Source of the DNA: Basidiobolus meristosporus CBS 931.73
Lineage: Eukaryota > Fungi > Basidiobolomycota
NCBI GenBank assembly: GCA_002104905.1
Contig: MCFE01000107.1
Coordinates: 105,372 to 169,371 of the forward strand
DNA: 64,000 bases
Reading direction: 5' to 3'
Part shown: positions 46,733-58,455 of the stretch, in pieces
Position numbering within the stretch: position 1 is the stretch's first letter
Layout: every line of letters begins with the position of its first letter
Notes under the pieces: generated by a model
Seen by the model: the letters and a program-made list of their open reading frames with translations, nothing else
Databases searched by the model: none
Told to the model about the DNA's origin: nothing
Position numbers and translations under genes: made by a program

Positions 46733-48169
46733 GGCAACCTGTATTTAACCACCCACATGCTTTGGTAGTGCATAACTCCCAGTGGAGTGTTCCTACATTA
46801 CTATGGACATGGACTCGATATGAAAATAACAATCCAACCTGCTCAGTAGCACGCAATGACCACACCGCCTGATACATAGCCATTCGATAGTCGATGGCCT
46901 TTCTCAACGCTACATGCGGGTTGAAGTTGGTAGGGATTTACGCCGTCGATATTCCCATACGTCAAGCATGTGTGAACCCTTCACCTCCACAGAGTGGTTT
47001 GAAACAGTTATCACCTCTGAGCTACCGAAGGTTTCAACCTCGAGCCAACAGCCTTGAGATCTAGGGGATCAGGCCTAGGAAAGGTGGTGCCACCAGGAAC
47101 CTCAAAAACTTGTAAGGTAACGAAACAAGAAGCATTGTCCCACTTCAATCACTCTGTGCAAGGCTCTGGATGGGCTACATTGCTAGGTTATCAATGTGAA
47201 AATAGCTCACCTTTCATTTCCGACAAATCAGCCACTGTAGTATTCCATGTATTAGCCCCACGTTCTCCGCTCTAACGATTATGCATAGAATGGTCCAGTG
47301 ATGCGAGTAAAGTAGATCGCATACGCAATGATCCTATGCTTGTTCCTACCATTCACTTGCAATGGTAAACAACCAGAAAGAGAATGAAAACAACCCGCAT
47401 GGCAGTCAGATCATTGCGGTTGGTTGAGGTCGGCTGTTATCTCAGCGAGGTAGCACTCCGAATGCATTTGGAAATGTGATTATCAAATCTGAGAAAGTTT
47501 TCTTGGATGGCTCAGATGCATAACCGATTGGTTGCTATGGTACCACCAATCTTGGCCACTTTTATATACTCTTGGTGTACCTACCCATGGCAGATGACCT
47601 TCCGCTTTAGTCGATCCAGCAGCCCTAGTAACTCCCAACACCGGCCATGGGACACAATGACATCTTCTGCACAGGCTTCTTCCGAATTGGGTGGATGGAG
47701 ACGGGTACCGATACTTCTGGCGGTAAGCCAACGCGAAACGCGTCCATCGGAAAATTTGTGTGTAACGCCGTGCCGGATCGATATGTATATTGACCCATCA
47801 GTTACCAGTTCTATTTTCGGAAACCCTCAGATATCAGATGAGAACCCCAGTATCCAGTGAATGAAAATCCTGATCATACACATTTTCGGCGGGTAAGTCA
47901 GTGTTGTTGTGAGGTTCAGGCAGAGTAACATTGGTGAGCTCCTTGATCTCCCATTTTTGCGGGATTCATTCGATAGATTTCACGCTGGTAGCGATCACCA
48001 AAGGTTACATTACTTGCTACTAACAACACTCCGCCAAGGCTGGGTGACACTGCATACTACATGTCACTACGGCAAAGGATATAAAAAATGAATCCTTCGC
48101 CCCTCATTTCACCATCAAAGCATTTGATTCACACTCCTCCAAAAGAAACCAAAAAAATCAACATTAGAA

Positions 48170-49182
48170 ATGTTTGCCAAAATCTCCTCTTCCATCGTCT
48201 TCCTTCTCGGAGTTTCCTCTACTGTGATGGCTCACATGTCCATGACCAAGCCTGCTCCTCGTAATTCCAAGTACAACTCTTTCTACAAGGGTGACGCGAT
48301 TGATTACAACATGGATGCTCCTCTCAACGACGGGGTAAGTACTCTTGCATGATTGATGCCTTCCTGGCAGACACCAGACTTGTCATTTGCTAACCTCGAC
48401 TCTCCTCGTGTCGCTTCCCATAGTATGCCTACCCATGCCGTGGTTATGGAGCTGGCCCTAGTGTAGCCACCTACACCGCTGGCGGATCGGTCCAAGTCCA
48501 ACTGGACGGAGGGGCTCCCCACAACGGTGGCCATTGCCAATTCTCCCTCTCTGTCGATGGTGGCAAGACCTTCGTTGTCTTGAAGACTGTCCTCGGAGAC
48601 TGCATGATTGCCACTCGCTCCTACACCGTTGACATCCCCAAGAGTGCACCCAACGGCAAGGTGATCTTTGGCTGGACCTGGATCAACAAGACCGGCAACC
48701 GTGAATACTACATGAACTGTGCTGATATCACCATTCAAGGAGGTAGCGGGCAATGTGTCAGCGGACCCAAGAATCTGATCGCCAACCTTCCTGGATACAC
48801 CACCATTCCTGAATTCACCAGTGGCGGATATGATGGTACTGATCTCCTGAACAAGAGACCATACATCACTTCCTGCTCCAATGGCTCAACCTCAAATGGA
48901 AACGATCCCAAACCACAACCTAAGCCTGAAACCAAGCCTACTCCCACCAAAGGCGGTTACAAGAAGCCTCAGCCTACTGCATCCCCCAACCCTCAACCCG
49001 AGGAACCCAAGCCCGAACCCAAGCCTCAGCCACCTACTGAGGGATCCGGCAAGTGCGAGATCAAGTGTCTCGGAGGAGCCGACTTCCAGATCTGTGGTAA
49101 TGGTGGTGCCACTCCATTCCGTATGAAGTGCGCACCAGGAACCACCTGCCATATGGTCTCTGGCCAAGCTGCCTGCTACTAA
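48170..49182 (+). CDS. Secreted AA11-family lytic polysaccharide monooxygenase with P/K/E-rich linker and C-terminal Cys-rich CBM19-like module (copy 1; intron 48335-48423)
   Basis: Signal peptide MFAKISSSIVFLLGVSSTVMA followed by His1 (HMSMTKPAP); PLNDGYAYPC; GGAPHNGGHCQFSLS (second His); WTWINKTGNREYYMNCA (axial Tyr), the AA11 signature; C-terminal C..GGADFQIC..CAPGTTC. Confidence 0.9.
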
Positions 49183-49915
49183 GTGGCTAGAGTTTTGCAC
49201 ATAGATGACTTTTTTTGTGATACCCACCTATTTGATATTGTATAGATTTTTCATTACAAAGAACCTGCATTTACGTAAATAAATGATGTCATTCAGTTCC
49301 GCATTCAATTTCAAGCTCATTCTTGTATTTTTCGTGGGGATTACGTCATAGTTTGGGTTAATTGGCAATCTCTTTTGCTAGGAAGCCACTTGCGGTTACA
49401 AGCAGCATCAACTTCGTGTTTGAGCGTATCAATCTTGCCAAATGTAACGGGGGAATTTGCTCGGCGTCGGATTAGTTTGGGTTTATCGCTGAAGTAGATG
49501 TATAATATATGTAAGGACTACGACTGGATTGGTATGGATATTAAATTGATCGAAAAAACCTTAATTTAATTTACCAACTCGCATTAGTCCCCACTTTGTA
49601 GCACGACATTAACCCACTGACCAATTATCTGCGACCGTAGGAAAATGGTGTTCACAAGCGATATAGATCTGGTTAGGGAGTTCCACGCATTAATTGGTTT
49701 CCCTTCTTGGACGAAACTGGACCGGGATTTGGAATTGAATGGACAGGCTTTTATTTACTTTGTGAAGGGACGAAATATTTGCTGATTGAAAAGGTAAACC
49801 ATATACATCTTGCTCGTTCTACCCTGTGAACTCCCAGTGCGGAGAGGAGAAGAAGGCCGATGATCTTTTTGTACATAGATATAGACTAGATTCCAATGGA
49901 AACATTTGTGTTCAC

Positions 49916-50949
49916 TTAGTAGCAAGCAGCTTGGCCTTCAACTAGATGGCAGGTTGTGCCAGGAGCGCACTTCATACGGAATGGAGTGGCACCACCATTA
50001 CCACAGATTTGATAATCAGCCCCTCCAAGACACTTGATCTCGCACTTGCCGGATCCCTCAGTAGGTGGCTGAGGCTTGGGCTCCTCGGGCTGAGGTTTAG
50101 GTTCCTCAGGTTGAGGCTCTGGAGTGGTTTCGGGGGTTGGGGTAGATTCAGGCTTCTTGTAACCGCCTTTGGTGGGAGTAGGCTTGGTTTCAGGCTCAGG
50201 TTGAGGTTTGGCATCATCTCCGTTAGAAGTAGAGCCATTGGAGCAGGAAGTGATGTATGGTCTCTTGTTCAGGAGATCAGTACCATCATATCCGCCATTG
50301 GTGAATTCAGGAACGGTGGTGTATCCAGGAAGGTTGGCGATCAGATTCTTGGGTCCGCTGACACATTGCCCGCTACCTCCTTGAATGGTGATATCAGCAC
50401 AGTTCATGTAGTATTCACGGTTGCCGGTCTTGTTGATCCAGGTCCAGCCAAAGATCACCTTGCCGTTGGGTGCACTCTTGGGGATGTCAACGGTGTAGGA
50501 GCGAGTGGCAATCATGCAGTCTCCGAGGACAGTCTTCAAGACAACGAAAGTCTTGCCACCATCGACAGAGAGGGAGAATTGGCAATGGCCACCGTTGTGG
50601 GGAGCCCCTCCGTCCAGTTGGACTTGGACCGATCCGCCAGCGGTGTAGGTGGCTACACTAGGGCCAGCTCCATAACCACGGCATGGGTAGGCATACTATG
50701 GGAAGCGCCACGAGGAGAGTCGAGGTTAGCAAATGGCAAGTCTGGTGTCGGCCAGGAAGGCATCAATCATGCAAGAGTACTTACCCCGTCGTTGAGAGGA
50801 GCATCCATGTTGTAATCAATCGCGTCACCCTTGTAGAAAGAGTTGTACTTGGAATTACGAGGAGCAGGCTTGGTCATGGACATGTGAGCCATCACAGTGG
50901 AGGAAACTCCGAGAAGGAAGACGATGGAAGAGGAGATTTTGGCAAACAT
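49916..50949 (-). CDS. AA11 LPMO-CBM19-like, copy 2 in inverted (tail-to-tail) orientation (intron 50784-50696)
   Basis: Near-identical to copy 1 through signal peptide, intron and most of the catalytic domain; linker and CBM differ. Confidence 0.9.
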
Positions 50950-52399
50950 TTCTAATGTTGTTTATCAAGAAGGTTTTTCAGCCGGTGAAAAAGTTGGTGG
51001 TTTGTCAGGAAGAGAGGCAGCGGGTATTTATACCAAAAGATTCGTGGCTTCTGGGTTTGTGTAATGTTGTCGAAAATGAATTGTATGGCGTAGGATTTGG
51101 TGGTATACTTAGCTACGAAACTAGCGCTACCAATGTGACTGACGGCGTACCGTGCATGAAGTGTAGACTGGTGATTTATGTTGTAGACATCGATACCATT
51201 CCCTAATCCCCACAATTTGCGGACTCCCCAGGCCATCCTATTGCCAATCTTGCTATCGATACCAAGGGTTCTTACCACCCCTTTTAGGAAATACCACTAA
51301 CCGAAGCCAGATTCCATAATGGTTAACAAGTTGAGGCCAACAAAGCACTCAAATCTAGGTCAGCTCGAGGCCTGAATACAGATGTGAATTCTAGGGACAA
51401 GGAAACTCCAAGCTGGGACCATTTTCGGCCAGGTTGTGCACTCTATTCTAGATTAACTTATCAAAGATGACGAAATACTTTGTTTGTTAGCGTGGTGCCT
51501 TCTTAATCTTTTCAGCCGTGTTTCAGCATAATTATCCCCCAAGTGGAAAATTCCCATATCACCGCATTTCAAATCAAGGTGGTGATATTAGACTCCGGAG
51601 CTAAACTTGATCAGACTGAAACTGTTAATATCTTAGGTTGCTCTTTGCATTTTTCATTTCTATGCATCCGTAGTAATGTGGGAGATAAGGATAAAAGCGC
51701 ATGGCGTAAGATCGAGTCCAATAGTTGGATGAAGTCCTTTACGTTACTATATTATGTTATATCTAAAGCGAGTACAAATTTGTACATCAAGAATGTTGCA
51801 TTAATTTGATTCAATCTGGCTTAAACATATAAGTAATGATGGTTTCCTGTTCATTTTAAATATACATATTTGCCTATATTCGGATAACCACTCTTGTCCG
51901 CGTGTGGCATAATTGCCAACTTTTGGAAATTAAAGTATAGCATATGCTGTAGGTTGTGAGTAAATGTACTTTCTAGCGTACTTGGTGCTATTTAGTGGTT
52001 GATTCTGAACTACCATGAGACATGTAAGGAGTTGCTCGTAGCAAGTCCTAGAATTTTGATGACTTGTATATCCGCAAAGTTTTGATGTGACATTGAAGCG
52101 TATTTTACGAATCCAGCGTAATTTCCTCAAAGGATCAATTGTATAAAACCTAAACGAATTAGTGGTAATGCTTTTTCTATTTTTCGCCAAAAACCCAGCA
52201 TACGCCAACCGTGCCTTTCTTAAAAGTACTCGAACTCAACCATGTTGTGATGACCTTCCCAATCTTGGGACGTTGTCTGTCATCTGTTTCCAATGCCTAT
52301 TTCCACCCAAGGGCCTTCAATTTTGCATTCCTTTGCGTGATGTAAGTGGCTAGATCCCGTATGGACAGTATGACGGGGCGATATCTTGATTTGGAAGTT

Positions 52400-54500
52400 G
52401 TTCTTCAACCGATCTTTAATTCTTGATGATTGGCATGCAATATTCCTGATAACTTAACTGGTAGGATCTGCATGCAATATCATGAACATTTCAGCATCAA
52501 AAGTAGCATTCTCTTATATCAACTCCATCAGTGGTTGCCTTGAGAATGTCTGTGGGTGATTTGAACCTTGAATACTTTCCCTAATGAATATACTCTTTAG
52601 TTACAGTGAACATGTATACAAAAATCCCCTATGATTTATTTCAATTTGGCTCATCACACATTTCACTGATATGCCAATGGTATTCTGCTGGCATTTTGCT
52701 CAGCTCACTAGACTGATCTTACACCAGAACCATTGAGCTGATTAAAGCCAATTTGGCGGGAGGGTTATTCAGGCTCAAGACTATTTAAGAAACATGTCTA
52801 TGAATTTGCAAGGTGGCTGAAATTACTGATGCTCACAGTTGTTACTTTGAAGGAGCTGTAGTTTCTACTGGTATCTGTCAGTCTTCTTTAGATATGGATC
52901 AAATAAGGAGTATATTGGACTCATGTATAGCTTTCAGATTTGGCTTAATGTGGGTAAAATATGAACTAATTCTCAGGTGCAATATATTGGCCAGCTCCTA
53001 TTGTCTCTCTCTGAAGACAGTACTAGCTGCTGAGAATTATATGAGCATTTAAAATCAGATTGGTGTCTAGCATTGGATATATATCAAAGCTCCAATATTG
53101 GACAAATTGTATCCTACTGATAATCAGGATATGTATAGATCTTGATATATGAAAGCACCAGTTGCTAGCTTGCCCAATTAGTACAAAGTAGTGGCAGCTG
53201 ACAAACTATGGATAGTATTCAATCCTGTGTGCAAGTCCCATCAACCTATTATTGTCAGTCTATAAAGATACCCTAATAGTACCCATATAGAGTTTCAGCT
53301 AGTAAATGTATCAATCAACATAGTGTTGTAAAAGTCTTGGAGATATTGGAAGTGATTGGAAGAACAAGTATATTATGTGGTTTTCACTTAATGATTTATT
53401 GAATGTAAAAGCAGTATTTATACTTTTACCTGGTCTTGGCATAATAAACACGTAGAATAGGCTAAGGAAGGTCCCGAGAACATGTGTGCAGAGTTTGGGG
53501 CTGTTTGGACAACTTATCTAATTTTCATGTTCTGGGTAAATATTCTAAGTAAATCCCGACAAGGAATTTGGCCAGTATTCTCTAGGATATGAAGGTAATA
53601 ATCTAAGTGACTAAGTTAGGTCAATATTTAGGTGGAAATACAAATTTTTTACAACACATAGTACTAGGCAATAATAGTAGTAGAGGTGGATTTTGCAATA
53701 GTGTACATTCTTTTTCAAATGAGCCTTTAATAGTGACTAACTCAGATGTAGCACAGTCTTTGTATTTCATGTGACTTTTAGGAAGCAGGCACCAAGCTTT
53801 GCTTGGAAGTATTGTGTCTGCATGGATCAAAGCTGCGTGTATTGCAAGACTTGAACTTACATTTAAATGCCAACATTAGCTTAGGCACAACTCATCTGGG
53901 GTAAATACACCAAAATTTCAGATATCTGAAGTAACCATATCTGAAAAGTCTTCCCAAAACCCCTAGACCTTGGATGCAAATTCCTAGCACTTCAAGACCT
54001 GGTCAATGTATAAATACCTCATTTGCACTTAATGAATCATCAACCCAAAGCCAAATACTCTACTTACACTCCTAACCACATCCAATAACTCTGCAATTCT
54101 CAAAATGGCCATTATGTGAGTATATGCTTGAGGTCCAGCAGGGAGCTATCAGATATCCTACTTTCTATGAAGCTACAATTTAAATATCCAAGTTGTAGTT
54201 CTGGGAGATTCCTGATTAGCACTCATACAAGATTCGGTATCAATCAACCCACCAATATTTACATCCAAGGAGTAGACTGAGAATCACTGGCTGAATATCA
54301 GATTAATACCTGTGGAATGCCAGCGGAATATTGTATGATATCCAAGTTCGGGAGCACATAGCATTATGCAGGACATCAACCCTAGCCCTGATTTTCAAGA
54401 GGTTGTATTTTTAATCTAAGCCATACTGCTGACTCTCGTATGGTATTCTGATGGTGGTCATCTAAAATTTCATGCTGGGATAAAGAAGCCAATAAAAATC
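52400..54500 (-). pseudogene. CpG-depleted repeat-like region with a decayed reading frame of unknown type (boundaries approximate)
   Basis: One minus-strand frame runs from ~54290 across the excised solo LTR (..LLLLLPSTM|LIDTFTS..) to ~52800 with only scattered TGA/TAG/TAA; no recognised domain. Confidence 0.45.
53324..53656 (-). mobile_element. Copia solo LTR, short subtype (333 bp), young
   Basis: TGTTGT..ACAACA; TSD CATAG at 53319-53323 and 53657-53661; 17-bp deletion (GGGTA|AATATTC); retains several CpGs. Confidence 0.93.
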
Positions 54501-55405
54501 CTAGTCCGAGGCTTCAGTTGGAGATGTTAACTTTGTCCACCACATCTTAGGGCCTTCCACAGAACACTCCCAAAAGCTATTTTGCAAAGCTTTACATGGA
54601 TTATCAACACATGCTCGATGCCAACCATTGTCATAATGCTACTATAAACATCCCTCCAATGCAATACAAAACCACCAAGCAAAAGGCTACTAGGTGATGT
54701 TTGGCTGGTACTCTGGACTGCTTTGTTTCCCCACATTTTTCGCACCCAGAGTTGGAAAAGCCTGGTTCTGCTGTGACTGGTGAGATAGGAGGGGATGTTG
54801 TCATCAAGGAGGAATCTGGGTGATGCTTTGAGAGGGCAATTCCCATGCTACACTGTATTACCTGTGACTGATCTCTGAACCATTTTTTAGCACCATCAGC
54901 TTGGCCCTATCAGCTGGGTAAAAATTCGATCTGCCTTTACCCACCCACGCTGGCTTGTTAATTGGGATTTGGTAGCAACATGTACCCACCGGCTTTACCC
55001 GGCAATCTTAATGATGAACAGGTACGACTTGTCATTCCAAGGAGGTCCAGGAAGCACCATGCATGAGCAAGAATTCCACCTTGGCAGCACTACGATACAC
55101 AGCTATGGGTACTAGAATTTCACGGGGAGGTGCCGAAGCAGTGTTGAGTGATCCTCGCCCAACAAGGGATTTAATGGTAGCCGACTTGCTACGCGAGAAT
55201 AGAAGAGGAGACACAGTGGGGATATGCTGCGGCACTCAATAATGAGGTAGATTTATGAAAGAAATTTACATTAACTAATGAAGGGAAACCGACTGACGAA
55301 GAGTGTAAAAAGGGGTGGTTCGGGTGGCCTAACGGGGCGGTTCTTACGCCAAAACTGGTCAAATGGGGTAGGAACTCGGCGGCGACCCCGAGTCTCGGAT
55401 TTACT

Positions 55406-58168
55406 CTATGATTCCTCTTGTCTTTGTTGCTGTTGGAAGCGTGGGTGGGTTAGTCAAGGGCCGGCAGCAAGCTATACGAGAACGTCCACTTACTCTCCAT
55501 TGGTGTGCCATGGCAAGGAACTTGAGGTTGGGATTCTGCGCGCCGTCATCGGGGAAGATGTAGTCGTAGTACTCCTCCCAGGAGGTTCCGGAGACCTCAT
55601 CCTCCACTTGGCGTCTCTTTTTAACCACCTTGGGCATTTTGGAGGTGACGGTCTCTAAAGTATCGTTGGTGCCGTATTGGGTCTCGAACTCGCGCCATGC
55701 TTCTAGGACAAGGACACGCTAGCGGGGGGAGGAGGAAAGGAGGGTGAGCCAACTGGGGATTTGTTGGTTGTAAATATGGGGCTAAGCGCACGCTTTCTTA
55801 CCTCTTCTTTCAGCTCACGCTCCTTCAGACTCTTATAAGCGCGGTCGAAGATTTGTCTGGCCCGGGCAGCCTTCTCGTTGGGATCTTCCGGGTCGATATT
55901 CGGGGCTTGGAGTTCGAATTGAGCAAAGCTGATCCACACCTTGACATGCTGGGTACGCTCCAACAAACGCTCGTACAGCATGCGTGCTTTGCCGAACTCC
56001 TCTTGTTCCATTTCGAAGTCTGCAGCGAGAAAGAGGGTTAGCCGGAGCTCGCCGATTAGAAAGAACCAGTTACTGACCAATATACGCTTTCCAAAGGACC
56101 TCGGGCATATCGAGAACCGGTTGCTGAACGGCCAGCTCGAAGATGGCCCTGCAACGATCATAATCCTCAAGTTCCTTTTCAACCTCGGCGAACTTGATCC
56201 ACGCGTAGCAATTGGCAGGGTTGTATTCCATATGCTTCTCATATAGCTTCCGCACGCGGTCAAAGTCGAGCAGCTGGATTTCAAGCTCGATGTATCCCTT
56301 GAACAGCTTGTCTTTGGGGCACATCCCTACATTCATACGCGTCATCAGTACACCAGAATTCCAGAATATCCGGGGGGAGGAGTCGGTAATTACCAATGGA
56401 TGTGCCAAGGGCCTTTCTAGCCGCATCGAGGTCCAGTCGTCGGATTTCAAAATACGCGTACAGCAACCAAATCTTGGCGAAGGTGAACTTTTTGTGCGGT
56501 ATCAGCTTGATGCATTCGGTATATACTTGGCGAGCACGTTCGTAGTCCTGAGGGATGGGTGTTAGTAAGGGCGGGGATATCCGTATGGCGAGCTAGCACA
56601 ACTTGCCTTGGTTTCCAGCTCCTCATAGAGCGCATACTTGATCCAGAGGTAGATGTATCTTTTCCAGAAGCGCTTTTCCTGGAGATCCTGGTGAGAAACG
56701 GTGAAGGGGATCGGGGGAAAATGGGATCTGATCTTACTTGAACTGGTGGCACTTCGGCGATGGCTCTTTCGTAAACTTCTCTGGTCCTGGTAACATCGCC
56801 AGCGTCTTCTTCCAGCCTGGCGTAGTCGAACCAGACATCGTAGTTCTTCGGGTTGGCTTTGATTTCCTAAAACGTGCCCCGCGTAAGAGTCCGCCCTATG
56901 GGCAGGGGTTTGTGGTTAATCTTACCTCCTCGTATTGAGTTCTTCTCTTTCCGATGACCACATCTTCGATCTCATCCTTGTCTCCGTATTGCTTCTCGAA
57001 TTGGGTGTATTGCTTGTACAGAGTCTCGGATTTGTGCCGAGGGATCCTGTCCAGGGCATATTTGTAGATCACTCGAGCCCGTTCAAACTGGCCATAAAGT
57101 TAGCCCGATGCGCCTCAACAGTCGCTTTGTGTCGACCTACCTCTTTAAGGCGCGCCTCGAACTTGGCAAAAGTAATGAAAATTCGCTGATCGATATGATC
57201 ATCTCCGAGATACTCGATGGCCTCCGAAAAGATCTCACGCACTTTGTCTGCAGGAGAGAATGGGTCAGTCTCAATGGTCAAAGCAAAGGGCCGAGGCGTC
57301 CTCACCATTGTTGTTTTGGTCTTCCTCAAACTTGGCCCACTTGATCCAGTTCTTTGGTTCCGGATGTACATGGACAAATCTTTCGTAGATATTCCGAGCT
57401 CTCTCGATCTCCTGGTACCTTTTCTCCAGCTTGATATACGCATTCCAGGCCGATTCATCGGGCTCCCATTTCATCCATCTTTCGAATATCTGGCGCGCTC
57501 CATTCACATTCCCAAGCATCTCCTCCATATAGGTGTACTTGTACCTGAAGTCAAAGAGTAAGTCTCCGTGGCAATCATCAAAAAGGTCTTCGGTGCAGTT
57601 ACCATAGTTGATCTACTCGAGGAAGAATGGTCACTGCACGATCGAACAGGTTTCGGGCGTGGTTGATGTTACGATGCTTCATTTCCATCTCGGTATATTT
57701 AATGTAGATGGTGACATTTCTCGGATCCACATCGAAAGCGCGTTCGTAGACTGAACGAGCACTGGAAGAAAAAGAGGATGTTTAGTAGAGGGCAGCCACG
57801 AGCGACGTGCGGATATGGTTTACCGATCAAGTTCGCGCTGGCTCTCTTCCCAAGTAGCGTATTTTAACCAGGTTCCGATGTTCAATCTGTTTCGACGGAG
57901 CGAATCTTCGAAATCCTTGCGCTTGCGCAATTGGTATTCTGCCAACTCCTCCGGGTCGGTAATCCTCTGCTTGGGCGGTTTCGCGGTAGTCTCCTGACGC
58001 TCATTGGCTTCGCGTAGAATCTGCTCAGCAGTGATCTGAACGGGGGCGGGGTTTTTGTTCTTGATCTGCGACAGAGGGGTTAGTATACATATATGCACCT
58101 TGATTCGTGCTTTAGGCTACCTTGGGTGGACGGCCCTTCTTCTCGTAACTACTAGCTTCAGAATCCAT
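55406..58168 (-). CDS. CLF1: Pre-mRNA splicing factor Clf1/crooked neck (HAT repeats; many short introns)
   Basis: [84 protein letters not shown]; last exon QQRQEES* after intron GTAAGT..CAACAG. Confidence 0.95.
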
Positions 58169-58455
58169 TATTCAAGTAAATAGGAAGGAAACCCACACAA
58201 GTGATGTCTGGGAAGTGCTCGGAGAAAATAAGAAATCGACGTGATAAGTCAAATTCCACATCAATTGGGTAAATTCCATTCTAACTAATCCAAAGATTTT
58301 TTTTCGTGATTAGTTTATTGCTCGTCGACTAACTCATGGTTGCAAAGGAACAAAATCATACAAACGGCAAAAGCCGTTATGGGAATATCATCGAAATAGA
58401 TGGGAATAATTGTCCGAGTGAAATAGTATTGTGTGTATCTTGGTGGATTCTATGC

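Noticed and set aside
48304-50815. Long antisense ORFs 49946-50815 and 48304-48753
   Set aside because: Mirror frames of the LPMO genes; their duplication simply follows the gene duplication.
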